A stretch of DNA of 61,895 bases, the filler included. It is 6 parts of 6 records of this genome, joined end to end, with 100 filler letters (N's around TTAATTAATTAA, not from the genome) between each part and the next. Parts side by side here need not be neighbours in the genome. Positions count along the whole stretch, not along the records: positions 10,033 to 19,033 come from SRR31156797_16834; positions 19,134 to 24,253 come from SRR31156797_16836; 4 more parts are not named here. The stretch is one strand, 5' to 3'. The notes under the pieces are model-generated. The model was not told the DNA's origin, did no database searches, and saw only the letters and a program-made list of their open reading frames with translations. The translations under genes were made by a program, and so were the position numbers. Of this stretch, positions 11,841 to 19,813 are shown one piece after another (the stretch's first letter is position 1; every line of letters begins with the position of its first letter).

Positions 11841-12986
11841 ATGATTTTGGAAACCTATTACGACGCACTGGAGCTCCACCGGAACCGGAAAAAGACCTAT
11901 GCCGTTTTTACGCAACCCCACAGGGTGATCTCCACCTGCTCGATCAACGGCGGGCTCAGGGACGATCTCGGTGTGTTGCTCAACCATCAATCCTGTGAGC
12001 CGTGTAATCATCACAGGGTGTTTACCGGAAAGCTCATCAGTGAGCCCGAAGCGTATCATGAAGCCATCTGCCTTGAAGAGAATCTGGTTCCCGGGGCCTG
12101 CGCATCCCTTGGCACCGCCGCCAACATGAACCATGCGGCCGTGGAGGAGATGCGTTTCAAGGATCTCACCGTGGTTGCCGTTTCCACCGGGGGGGTGGAG
12201 GGCAATGCGGGAAGGGCGGGGGATCCTGCCCATTATTATGAATCCAGTGGCACCTTCAAACATGAGGATGATCTAGACAAACAACCGGTGCCGGGCACCA
12301 TAAACATCATGCTCTTTATCAACAGGACCCTGACCCGGGGGGCCATGGTGCGGGCCATTGTCACCGCAACCGAAGCAAAGAGCGCGGCCCTCCAGGAACT
12401 GGCTGTAAATTCCCGGTATTCAAACGCCATTGCCACGGGCACGGGCACGGACCAGATCGGCATCGCCTCCCTGCTGGGGGATGAGATTCCCTTGACAAGT
12501 TCCGGCAAGCATACAAAGCTTGGAGAGCTGATCGGGCAGACCGTGAAAAAATCGGTGATGAAAACCCTTGCTTTGCAGAATAAACTGACCCCGGAAGGCC
12601 AACGATCGGTGAAGACCCATATCGAGCGGTTCGGAACCGATAAAAAGGGCATGCAGCAGGGCATCTGTCAATACCTGGATAGGGAAAACGCAGCGCTGCT
12701 GAGGGACAATTTCGACAGTGTGGACCGTGATCCCCTGGCCGTTGCCGCGGTTGCCGCCCTGGTACACGTGAGGGACGAATGCGCATGGGGGATTCTGCCC
12801 CAAAGCTGCTCAAAAGAGATATTTTCAAGCCTGGGGGCCCATATATCCGCTTCCATTTCAGGCAGGATGGAGCGGATGCCCGCATACAGGGACAAGCTCC
12901 TGATTCACCTTAAAGATGATAGGGATGAAAACGTGCTGGAATTGATTTTTCACTCCATTGCCATGGGGTTTGAGGAAAAATGGTGA
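11841..12986 (+). CDS. cbiZ: Adenosylcobinamide amidohydrolase with C-terminal extension
   Basis: ISTCSINGG, LGTAANM, TGGVEGNAGRAGD, GTINI, ATEAK, ATGTGTDQ, GKHTKLGELIG motifs. Confidence 0.85.
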   Translation: MILETYYDALELHRNRKKTYAVFTQPHRVISTCSINGGLRDDLGVLLNHQSCEPCNHHRVFTGKLISEPEAYHEAICLEENLVPGACASLGTAANMNHAAVEEMRFKDLTVVAVSTGGVEGNAGRAGDPAHYYESSGTFKHEDDLDKQPVPGTINIMLFINRTLTRGAMVRAIVTATEAKSAALQELAVNSRYSNAIATGTGTDQIGIASLLGDEIPLTSSGKHTKLGELIGQTVKKSVMKTLALQNKLTPEGQRSVKTHIERFGTDKKGMQQGICQYLDRENAALLRDNFDSVDRDPLAVAAVAALVHVRDECAWGILPQSCSKEIFSSLGAHISASISGRMERMPAYRDKLLIHLKDDRDENVLELIFHSIAMGFEEKW

Positions 12987-12992
12987 GTTCTC

Positions 12993-13036
12993 CCATGGGT
13001 TAAAGGCGGATCGGCTGAATTGTCTTTAACCCATGG
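12993..13036. terminator. Long hairpin between convergent genes
   Basis: 16-bp stem CCATGGGTTAAAGGCG / TGTCTTTAACCCATGG. Confidence 0.6.
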
Positions 13037-13053
13037 CCCTTTCCAGGTTTTAC

Positions 13054-13875
13054 CTATTCCGCCATGTACTCTTTCTCAACGATCCATTTACGAATGTTGA
13101 TCTTTATGCCCTGGGGCAGGGGGACGCAGTTCTCAAGCCAGGAGGTAAATAATCCAAAAAGCGAATAGGGCTGTATTACTTTTTTGTTTTTCATGAATTG
13201 CCTGAAAGCAACCTCGGCAACCCCTTCGGCGGTTCCGACATAGGGGCCCTTGGGGATCAGGTTCGGGTTGCCCGCTCTTTCCTGAAATCCGGACAGGAAA
13301 TCAGGGGCGCACAGGGTCGAGACCCGGATGTTTTTTTTCCTCAGCTCATAGTCCAGGGCCTGGCTGAAATATTTCACATATGTTTTTGAGGCGGAATAGG
13401 TTGAGCAAAAAGGGGTTGGGGTAAAAGAGGCGATGGAGGAGACATTGAGTATCTTTCCGGAACCGCTTTTTATCATGTCGTTGACAAAGAGCCGTGTCAG
13501 GTGGGACAGGCCGGTGATGTTGAGATTGAGCATTTCAATCTGCACGGCCGGATCCATGCGGTCGAATTTTCCCCAATATCCGAACCCCGCATTATTGATC
13601 AGAATGGAAACGTCAAGGTCCTTTTCCTTTGTGGCCTTGTAAAACCTGTCAATTTCACCCATGTCGGACAGGTCGTATGCAAATGGGTGACACTTGATGC
13701 CGTGCTGCTTTTCAAGGTCCCCGGCAATCCTTGTCAGTTCTTTTTCATCCCTGGCCACCAGTATGAGATTGAACCGTTCCCTGGCATACAATTTCGCAAA
13801 TTCGTACCCCAATCCCTTTGAACCACCTGTGATAACGACATGTCTGTCCTTCTTTAAGTTGTCCGGATTCGTCAT
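13054..13875 (-). CDS. SDR family oxidoreductase (DltE-like)
   Basis: TGGSKGLG, LINNAGFG, NVSS, YSASK. Confidence 0.9.
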   Translation of the reverse strand: MTNPDNLKKDRHVVITGGSKGLGYEFAKLYARERFNLILVARDEKELTRIAGDLEKQHGIKCHPFAYDLSDMGEIDRFYKATKEKDLDVSILINNAGFGYWGKFDRMDPAVQIEMLNLNITGLSHLTRLFVNDMIKSGSGKILNVSSIASFTPTPFCSTYSASKTYVKYFSQALDYELRKKNIRVSTLCAPDFLSGFQERAGNPNLIPKGPYVGTAEGVAEVAFRQFMKNKKVIQPYSLFGLFTSWLENCVPLPQGIKINIRKWIVEKEYMAE

Positions 13876-13978
13876 GTAACCTCCATGTGATGGGTATTTA
13901 GATTATATAACTTCGGGGTGCAACCAATTCAAGGGTGAGCCTATACCGTCAAATTCCCGAAGTCAAGGCAAGTTCCCC

Positions 13979-14134
13979 ATGAATCGGGATATCGAAGAGG
14001 ACTTGTATATTGACGGCGGCTCTGCTATGAATAAAGGACTGGTGGCGGCCATTGAAGATGAACTCTGTTACGATGCCGAAGTGCTGCCCCATCCACAATT
14101 CACGGTTGCCTATGGCGCCGCCTGTTGCGTATGA
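13979..14134 (+). pseudogene. C-terminal fragment of 2-hydroxyacyl-CoA dehydratase activator (HgdC/BadF-type ATPase)
   Basis: Manual translation MNRDIEEDLYIDGGSAMNKGLVAAIEDELCYDAEVLPHPQFTVAYGAACCV*; GG-A-N-GL and P-PQ...A-GAA are the family C-terminal motifs; N-terminal part absent. Confidence 0.7.
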
Positions 14135-14268
14135 AAGTAAAATATCCGATCGTCAGGGACCCCCTGGCCCTGTACTGGATTTGCTCAAACCGTGGCCGGG
14201 GATGATGCCGGGTCCTTTCCGCAGCAGGGGGCTGTTGATGAACCGCAGTTGGTTATATGAGGAAAATC

Positions 14269-15033
14269 ATGAACAGAATAAAAATTTCCTTTATGACGTT
14301 CCTGCTTGTTTTCTTTGCCGTCAATGTCATCGCAAGCACACCCAAAATGTTCTTTGCGGAATATCGCTTTGTTCATCCGGAAATCAAGGAAGGGTTATTC
14401 CAGGCCACATCGAGAAAACTATGGCGTATCGGGTTCCGGTACGTGAGGCTTGAAGAAGCGCCTGATCCGGTGGAGAAGATCCATGGCCTGATAATTGTCA
14501 ATGCGCCGGACACATACCTGATCAACAGATACACAAATTTGGGGAAACATATCGTTGACAGGGCTGAAAACACGGATGTCCATGTGGCGGTTTTTCAAAA
14601 CGCGGATTTACCGGAGGAAGTTCAAGCGCTGGAAATGGGACATGAAATTGGGTTCTTTGCAAAACACAATGCTCCCTTAACGGGTGTCAAAATCATTGAG
14701 GGGATAAAGTGTGATGTATACCGGGTAACCATTCGCGGCTTCATGTTGACTTTGTATAAAAGGAGAAACACCGGAATGCCGCTCCAGCTTGGCATTCAAA
14801 AGGGAAAGATTGCCTACGATGTTCGATATTTGAGGTACCAGCAAAATCTATCCCCCGACTTCAGCCTTTTCCAGGTTCCCCGGGGCGTCAGGCTCATCGA
14901 TAGAAAGCAGGGGACATTCAAAGGCTTTTTACGGAATGATTCCCATGTTCGGATTGGGGGCTCCTCCCGGGCTTCGGAGAGGTATTTGCCGGGTGTTGTG
15001 CCAAATTGCTTCTTGAATGCCCCGGCAAAATAA
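14269..15033 (+). CDS. Secreted/periplasmic hypothetical protein (LolA/DUF4412-like fold possible); C-terminal tail runs into antisense of AraC remnant
   Basis: GAGGA RBS, signal peptide MNRIKISF..NVIA, G.K.IEG.KCDVY and L.PDFSLFQVPRGV motifs. Confidence 0.6.
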   Translation: MNRIKISFMTFLLVFFAVNVIASTPKMFFAEYRFVHPEIKEGLFQATSRKLWRIGFRYVRLEEAPDPVEKIHGLIIVNAPDTYLINRYTNLGKHIVDRAENTDVHVAVFQNADLPEEVQALEMGHEIGFFAKHNAPLTGVKIIEGIKCDVYRVTIRGFMLTLYKRRNTGMPLQLGIQKGKIAYDVRYLRYQQNLSPDFSLFQVPRGVRLIDRKQGTFKGFLRNDSHVRIGGSSRASERYLPGVVPNCFLNAPAK

Positions 15034-15716
15034 CCGGCGCCAATGGAATATCCCAGGGATTTGACGCTGCCTGAGACATTCCCCCGTAAATAGCTCGTCT
15101 CAAAGCTGGAGTAATCGGCCATGGCCGTAACCTTCGGCGTTCTCCCCTTCTGGCGTCCTTTTTTTTGGGTAACGATGTTGACGGTTTCGCCGATGGCTTC
15201 GCCGTACACGGCTGAATGGGCGCCCCGGACAACCTCCACCCGCTCAATGTTCTCAAGGGTCAGGGAGTTCCAGTCAACCATCCTGTCGTTGAAACCGCCC
15301 GCATTCCTCACCGGTCTTCCTTCGATCCGGACCATTATTCTTCTTGCGCCCATTCCCCTTATTTTTACGACATCCTTGTCATTGGAAAGGGAGGCGTCGC
15401 TGCGCTGGATATCCACGCCGGGGATGCTTTCAAGGACATCTTTGACGGTCCTGGGGCTTCCGGGGCTTGTGTAGCTGTCCAATACCACTGATGTTGACAT
15501 GGGATCGATGGCAATTCCCTTGGGCCCTTCCGTCCCATGGGCCGTTACGACAATCTTGCCGAGGCTTTGAACCGGGGGCAGGGTGTCCTTCTCCGGTCCG
15601 TGGGTATCAGCGGCCGAAACCGAAGGAAAGAAAAAGGAAAAGAGTATGAGAAGAAATGACACCATGGGATGGCGGCCGGTTTTTGCATGAAAAAACAACG
15701 GTCTGGAGCTCAACAT
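14814..15716 (-). pseudogene. Truncated TonB-dependent receptor (signal, TonB box, plug) fused in frame to the last helix of an AraC-family HTH
   Basis: LGKIVVTA, VLESIPGVDI, IRGMG, ENIERVEVVRGAHSAVYG; barrel breaks after LGYSIGAGY and continues YFAGAFKKQFGTTPGKYL. Confidence 0.8.
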
Positions 15717-15791
15717 ATTTTTTCACCTTTCTTTAAGATTAGCTGCACGGAACCGTTTCTATCGAACTCAAGGGCGTTTCGCCAGCAACAG

Positions 15792-15820
15792 GACGGATTT
15801 TTTATGGCGCCAGACGGATT
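15792..15820 (-). promoter_or_regulatory. Direct repeat with 21-bp period upstream of the TonB receptor gene (candidate AraC-family site)
   Basis: GACGGATT at 15792 and 15813 (AATCCGTC on the coding strand). Confidence 0.5.
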
Positions 15821-16007
15821 ATTTTGAGGGATTTTTAAGATAAAACGGAAAGGAGGATCATAGATGGCCCGGAAGGGCCATCACTTGGTTTTCTGAAAGG
15901 TGCTGAAAAGTACGGGTCAGACAAGGCATCTATCGGGAACATCCTTGCAGAGATGATCCCGATAGATCTTGATGCTGTCAAAGCAAGGGCCTTGGGGGCC
16001 TCTGCCG

Positions 16008-16568
16008 TTAATCCGTCAAGTGCCCTGTAATGTCGCAGCGCTTACCCGTTGAAGCCAGTTTGGTGTCGATTGAGATCTCAATTGAAGTCAGGTGCTCTGC
16101 CACAAAACCCGTTAAATTAACATTCTCAATGACAAAACATCCATTTTCTTCACAGCGTTGGTCAAATGCAATATGTTCATCACCGTGTGAACCGATACCG
16201 TAGCTGTCGATAACAATGAATTGGGGATTTTTCTTTAAAATCGCATCAAGCACGTCATCGTTCAAAACCGTAGGCGTTTTTCCATACTGATCGTTGCCAT
16301 AACCGTTTTTCTCTAAATTAGCGGTGTATAGCACCAGTGCCTTGCCGTTAAGGGGTAGTGATGAAATAATTGATGCGGATGGCATACCTGCACTGCAATC
16401 AACAACAACGGTCTCGACCTTGTAATCCGTATGAAGTGGTTCTCTGGAGTAACAATCGATATGTGTGCCAATATGCCCCATGGCATTGACGGCATCAGAT
16501 TGCTGTTTTGCCCACTGATATGCCGGGTGATCCTTAGTGAGTTCTATACTTAAATTTACTTTTTTCAT
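16008..16568 (-). CDS. Cyclase family (kynurenine formamidase-like) metal hydrolase
   Basis: GHIGTHID, IDSYG, VIENVNL; start re-called at MKKVNLS (16568). Confidence 0.8.
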   Translation of the reverse strand: MKKVNLSIELTKDHPAYQWAKQQSDAVNAMGHIGTHIDCYSREPLHTDYKVETVVVDCSAGMPSASIISSLPLNGKALVLYTANLEKNGYGNDQYGKTPTVLNDDVLDAILKKNPQFIVIDSYGIGSHGDEHIAFDQRCEENGCFVIENVNLTGFVAEHLTSIEISIDTKLASTGKRCDITGHLTD

Positions 16569-16614
16569 ATTTGTTCTTTTCTGGTGTTGGTTTTTTGCCC
16601 TTGGAATTTCGTTA

Positions 16615-16980
16615 TTACGGTCTGCCTTTGATTTTCGGCAGCTCACTTTCATTGTTAACAAAAAAATCCTTTAGCGAGACATTGGCGGAAAAGCCCATCC
16701 CTTATTTTTGATAGATGATGAATAAGGTGTCCTCATCAAGAAGATGGTAGCCAATTATTTCTTCAATATCCGTGAGGATTGTTTTATACCCATGACCACT
16801 TTCCTCTGAAAGCGCAATCACCTTGCGGTCACCATTTGTCAATCTGTCGTCCCTGTTGGTGTCTTTTTATACGATCGTATACAAAATCGCTGTTATCCGG
16901 CGCTCTTTGTCATCATAGCCTTTCAAGGAGATAAAATCGCTGCTTAAAATCAAATAATCGCGTTGAAGCGCCACACCAAT
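16615..16980 (-). pseudogene. 5'-truncated hypothetical gene with two in-frame TAA stops
   Basis: One frame reads ..DYLILSSDFISLKGYDDKERRITAILYTIV*KDTNRDDRLTNGDRKVIALSEESGHGYKTILTDIEEIIGYHLLDEDTLFIIYQK*GMGFSANVSLKDFFVNNESELPKIKGRP*; EF-hand-like DTNRDDRLT; no start codon context. Confidence 0.6.
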
Positions 16981-17475
16981 TTAAAGATCCTTTTTGAATA
17001 ATACCTTAGGGTCATTGGGTCTGTTATAATCAAGCGTTACCTGAACTCCATCTATAGCGGAGTTGCCATTCTCGATTTGAAAGCCAATCCGTTTATGAAA
17101 GCTTATGGAAGCCTTATTAATAGGAGAAGTGCAGGATTTGATAATACTGCGTCCGTTTTTAAGGCAGATTGCTGAAAAACGATCATAGAGAAATGCTCCG
17201 ATTCCAATACCTCGAAATTGCGGATGGACTCCGGCAAAGTGGATATAAGCCTCTTCCATTCGATATTGTGAAAGGAAACCGATCAGAAAGGCGATCAGTG
17301 TATCCTCTTTTTCAATAACAAGGGATGTGTCACAAAAATGTTCCAAAAACACCCTGGGTAACATATGGGACAATTCACGACCCGCCCACCAGTCGCCCAT
17401 CACGCTGATAATTCGGGGATGATCTGATGGCATGCTGTTTCTGATTGTCAAATCCTTTGGAAAACCCGTTTTCAT
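16981..17475 (-). CDS. GNAT family N-acetyltransferase
   Basis: YIHFAGVHPQFRGIGIG, NKASISFHKRIGF; GGAGGGA RBS. Confidence 0.88.
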   Translation of the reverse strand: MKTGFPKDLTIRNSMPSDHPRIISVMGDWWAGRELSHMLPRVFLEHFCDTSLVIEKEDTLIAFLIGFLSQYRMEEAYIHFAGVHPQFRGIGIGAFLYDRFSAICLKNGRSIIKSCTSPINKASISFHKRIGFQIENGNSAIDGVQVTLDYNRPNDPKVLFKKDL

Positions 17476-17560
17476 CAATTCCCTCCATTCGTACCCACGG
17501 CGTTGTTGTTTGGCTATGGCAAAATCTTTTCTCCTGTTGAAACATAGTGCAGTCTTCAGG

Positions 17561-18148
17561 TCAAGGAATTGGTCTTTCGTCGGAAGTGTGGATGCCGCTG
17601 AGCTTGACAGCCGTGCCGTACACTAACAATTCAGCAGCGCTGCCCACAACACTCGTTGTCATATAGCGGACATTGATCACTGCATCGGCTCCCATTGCTG
17701 ATGCCTTGGCTGTCATCCTTTCGGTAGCGGTTGCCCGGGCGCTCCCCATCATTTCTGTGTATTCGGTTAATTCTCCACCAAGGATCAGCCTTACAATGGC
17801 GGACAGGTCTTTGCCAAGCCATATCGCGAACACTGTGTGCCCCTGGACCAGGCCGAGAATTTCAGTAATTTGCCGCCCGGGCAGTCTATCGGAGTTCAAC
17901 AGCAGAATTGTGGGATCTGATTCAGCAGGCCGGGGGGCTTCTACGGAGTCCTTGTATGTCATTTGTTCGAGAGCCAACGCCGCCAACACCACAAGAATGC
18001 CCCCCAGAAGGCAGAAGATTGCGATCCTCAGCCACCAGGGCAGTGCCGGATCATCGGCAACCATTACGTACCATGGCAGTCCAATAAATATTGCGGTAAA
18101 AAGCCCGATTACGAATGCCACTGAGCCAATCTGTCTAAGTCTTTTCAT
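17561..18148 (-). CDS. YbjQ/UPF0145 putative heavy-metal-binding protein with two N-terminal TM helices
   Basis: EILGLVQG, GGELTEYTEMM, MGADAVINVRY, ELLVYGTAVK; AAGGAG RBS. Confidence 0.85.
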   Translation of the reverse strand: MKRLRQIGSVAFVIGLFTAIFIGLPWYVMVADDPALPWWLRIAIFCLLGGILVVLAALALEQMTYKDSVEAPRPAESDPTILLLNSDRLPGRQITEILGLVQGHTVFAIWLGKDLSAIVRLILGGELTEYTEMMGSARATATERMTAKASAMGADAVINVRYMTTSVVGSAAELLVYGTAVKLSGIHTSDERPIP

Positions 18149-18217
18149 GGTTTCTCCTTTTGTGATGCCGGGCAGGTCCGGGGCCTTATTGCCTCTTTCC
18201 CCGCCAATAAAAGTAAC

Positions 18218-18374
18218 AGGGGTAATTTCGTGCTTGACGGCAACCCCAGGTTGCTTTCCTTATTTTGTACATTGTCGGACGGGCTCATCCCCACTGTTAA
18301 GCGCCCAGCGCGCAGGCCGTCCTGAATGTACCGGCAGGGATACGACAGGTGGTTTAAGCAAGTTCCACCTCCTT
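18218..18374 (-). ncRNA. Candidate structured RNA/DNA element, family not recognised
   Basis: Nested stems GTACATT/AATGTAC, GGACGG/CCGTCC, CGCTG/CAGTG, GCAACC/GGTTGC, AGGTGG/CCACCT plus possible 5'-3' closing pairing. Confidence 0.4.
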
Positions 18375-19033
18375 CAACGCATTCTATTGTGCATTTTCGG
18401 GTTGCAACAAACGCTGCGGTTAGGCGGCTTCCCTCAATTTATTTGTGGATGTCGGCATGGGTGTGAACCTATGGGGAAAAGCCCCTGTACGTGAATCACG
18501 TTCATTTTATTATCGTTAACACAGGTGTTCATTGAAAACAAGAGGGAAACCGTGGGAGAACAGTCCCCATGTGGAGCAATTCCGGGGACACCCATGATAA
18601 GTTTTGTCACAATACTTAATTCTAATATAATTGTTCTGGTAGGCAAGTTCCAGATATTTATATTTTTTTCGTGGGGCCCCCATTGCGGATACCGGATTAA
18701 ATTTTATCGATTGGTATCATTTCAGAATGAATAGATGTTGGGGGCGGGTTTTTCAAGATCGCAGGATGGATAATCTCCATAAGCTTTGTTTTTGATGGTG
18801 GTTTCCTTGCTATCTTTTATGGTATTATCCTGCACAGAAGTGTTGAATCCTGTTCATATAAACTTTCTTTTTGGAATGATATGAATATCTCTTGACGAGT
18901 CAATAGATCGCGAATTGAGAGTTGCCGGTTCTGAAAGTTTAAGTTTAACTTATGACTTTCGCGTCATAGGTGTAGGCGTTAACATAACACAAGCTACAGG
19001 GACGTTGGCATACCGAAGTGTTGTTGGTCCAAC

Positions 19034-19133
19034 NNNNNNNNNNNNNNNNNNNNNNNNNNNNNNNNNNNNNNNNNNNNTTAATTAATTAANNNNNNNNNNN
19101 NNNNNNNNNNNNNNNNNNNNNNNNNNNNNNNNN
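19034..19133. other. Artificial contig linker 2
   Basis: Same 100-nt N/TTAATTAATTAA linker. Confidence 0.98.
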
Positions 19134-19242
19134 TCTTAACTTAAGAGGAAAGGAAAAGCGTAGTGTTCGGGCAAAACCTTTTCGTTCATTCTCTATTGGT
19201 AAAATGAATGTTTGTATTATCATTACAATTAAAATAATTTAT

Positions 19243-19459
19243 TTTTTAGCAATTAATATACAGGGCATTAATTGAAATAACTTTGTAGAAATCATTAAAA
19301 AATAACAAAAGAAACGTTTGTGAATTTTTAATATTTTAATTTTTTAGCAATTAATATACAGAGCATTAATTGAAATAACTTTGTAGAAAATAATAAAAAA
19401 TAGCAATTGAAACGTTTGCAAATTTTTAATATTTTTATTTTTTAGCAATTAATATACAG
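19243..19459 (+). repeat. 98-bp period tandem repeat, about 2.2 copies
   Basis: TTTTTAGCAATTAATATACAG at 19243, 19341, 19439; intervening sequences also similar (CATTAATTGAAATAACTTTGTAGAAA, GAAACGTTTG). Confidence 0.9.
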
Positions 19460-19472
19460 GGAGGTGGAGTAA

Positions 19473-19625
19473 ATGAGTTGTTCAGCTATATCAAGTTCGG
19501 CACCTAGAATTCAGCCGACTACGACAACTGCGGTAAGGAGACCGCAAGCTCAGACTCAGTCAGCACAAGTAAGAACAAGACCACAAGGTGTTGTTTCTGC
19601 AAGACGTGTTGATATTTACGGTTAA
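19473..19625 (+). CDS. 50-aa small protein absent from ORF track
   Basis: GGAGGTGG RBS, ATG, MSCSAISSSAPRIQPTTTTAVRRPQAQTQSAQVRTRPQGVVSARRVDIYG*, higher GC than flanks, terminator downstream. Confidence 0.7.
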   Translation: MSCSAISSSAPRIQPTTTTAVRRPQAQTQSAQVRTRPQGVVSARRVDIYG

Positions 19626-19655
19626 TCGCGATTGAGTTGATTTCTATGAACAAAA

Positions 19656-19687
19656 GGGGTTTCTTTATTTAGAGAAACTCTTTTTTT
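19656..19687 (+). terminator. Intrinsic terminator after small ORF
   Basis: GGGGTTTCT..AGAGAAACTC followed by T7. Confidence 0.65.
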
Positions 19688-19813
19688 CAAAAGCAACTGA
19701 CTACGAAACAAAAATAGTTTTTTAGTCCAAATCTTTATCAGAGGCTTGAGTTAAAAATATACAGAATCGCGTTTATACTTTTTCAACGTATATAAAAGAG
19801 GAGAATAGTTAAG

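Noticed and set aside
16615..16980. Stop-codon recoding (Sec, Pyl or alternative code)
   Set aside because: The interruptions are TAA, neighbouring genes end at TAA normally, and the fragment lacks a start
18218..18374. Retron msr-msd or group II intron
   Set aside because: No reverse transcriptase on the contig and no domain V motif; kept only as an unassigned structured element
18419..18425. Integron attC core GTTAGGC and a cassette array
   Set aside because: No properly paired complementary core at attC distance, no repeated attC sites between the nearby genes, no intI
10199..18734. Numerous 60-270 aa antisense/overlapping ORFs in the GC-richer contigs (also 53674-61875)
   Set aside because: Shadow frames of well-supported genes with no motifs or RBS
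18885..19033. Open frame and TTGAC-GA-GTCAA palindrome at the end of contig 2 as an IS end or FNR site
   Set aside because: No start codon or transposase motif visible; spacer is 2 nt rather than the 4 nt of FNR boxes; truncated by the linker
19243..19459. CRISPR array (three 21-nt repeats at regular spacing)
   Set aside because: The spacers are near-copies of each other, 77 nt long, and no cas genes are present; it is a tandem duplication
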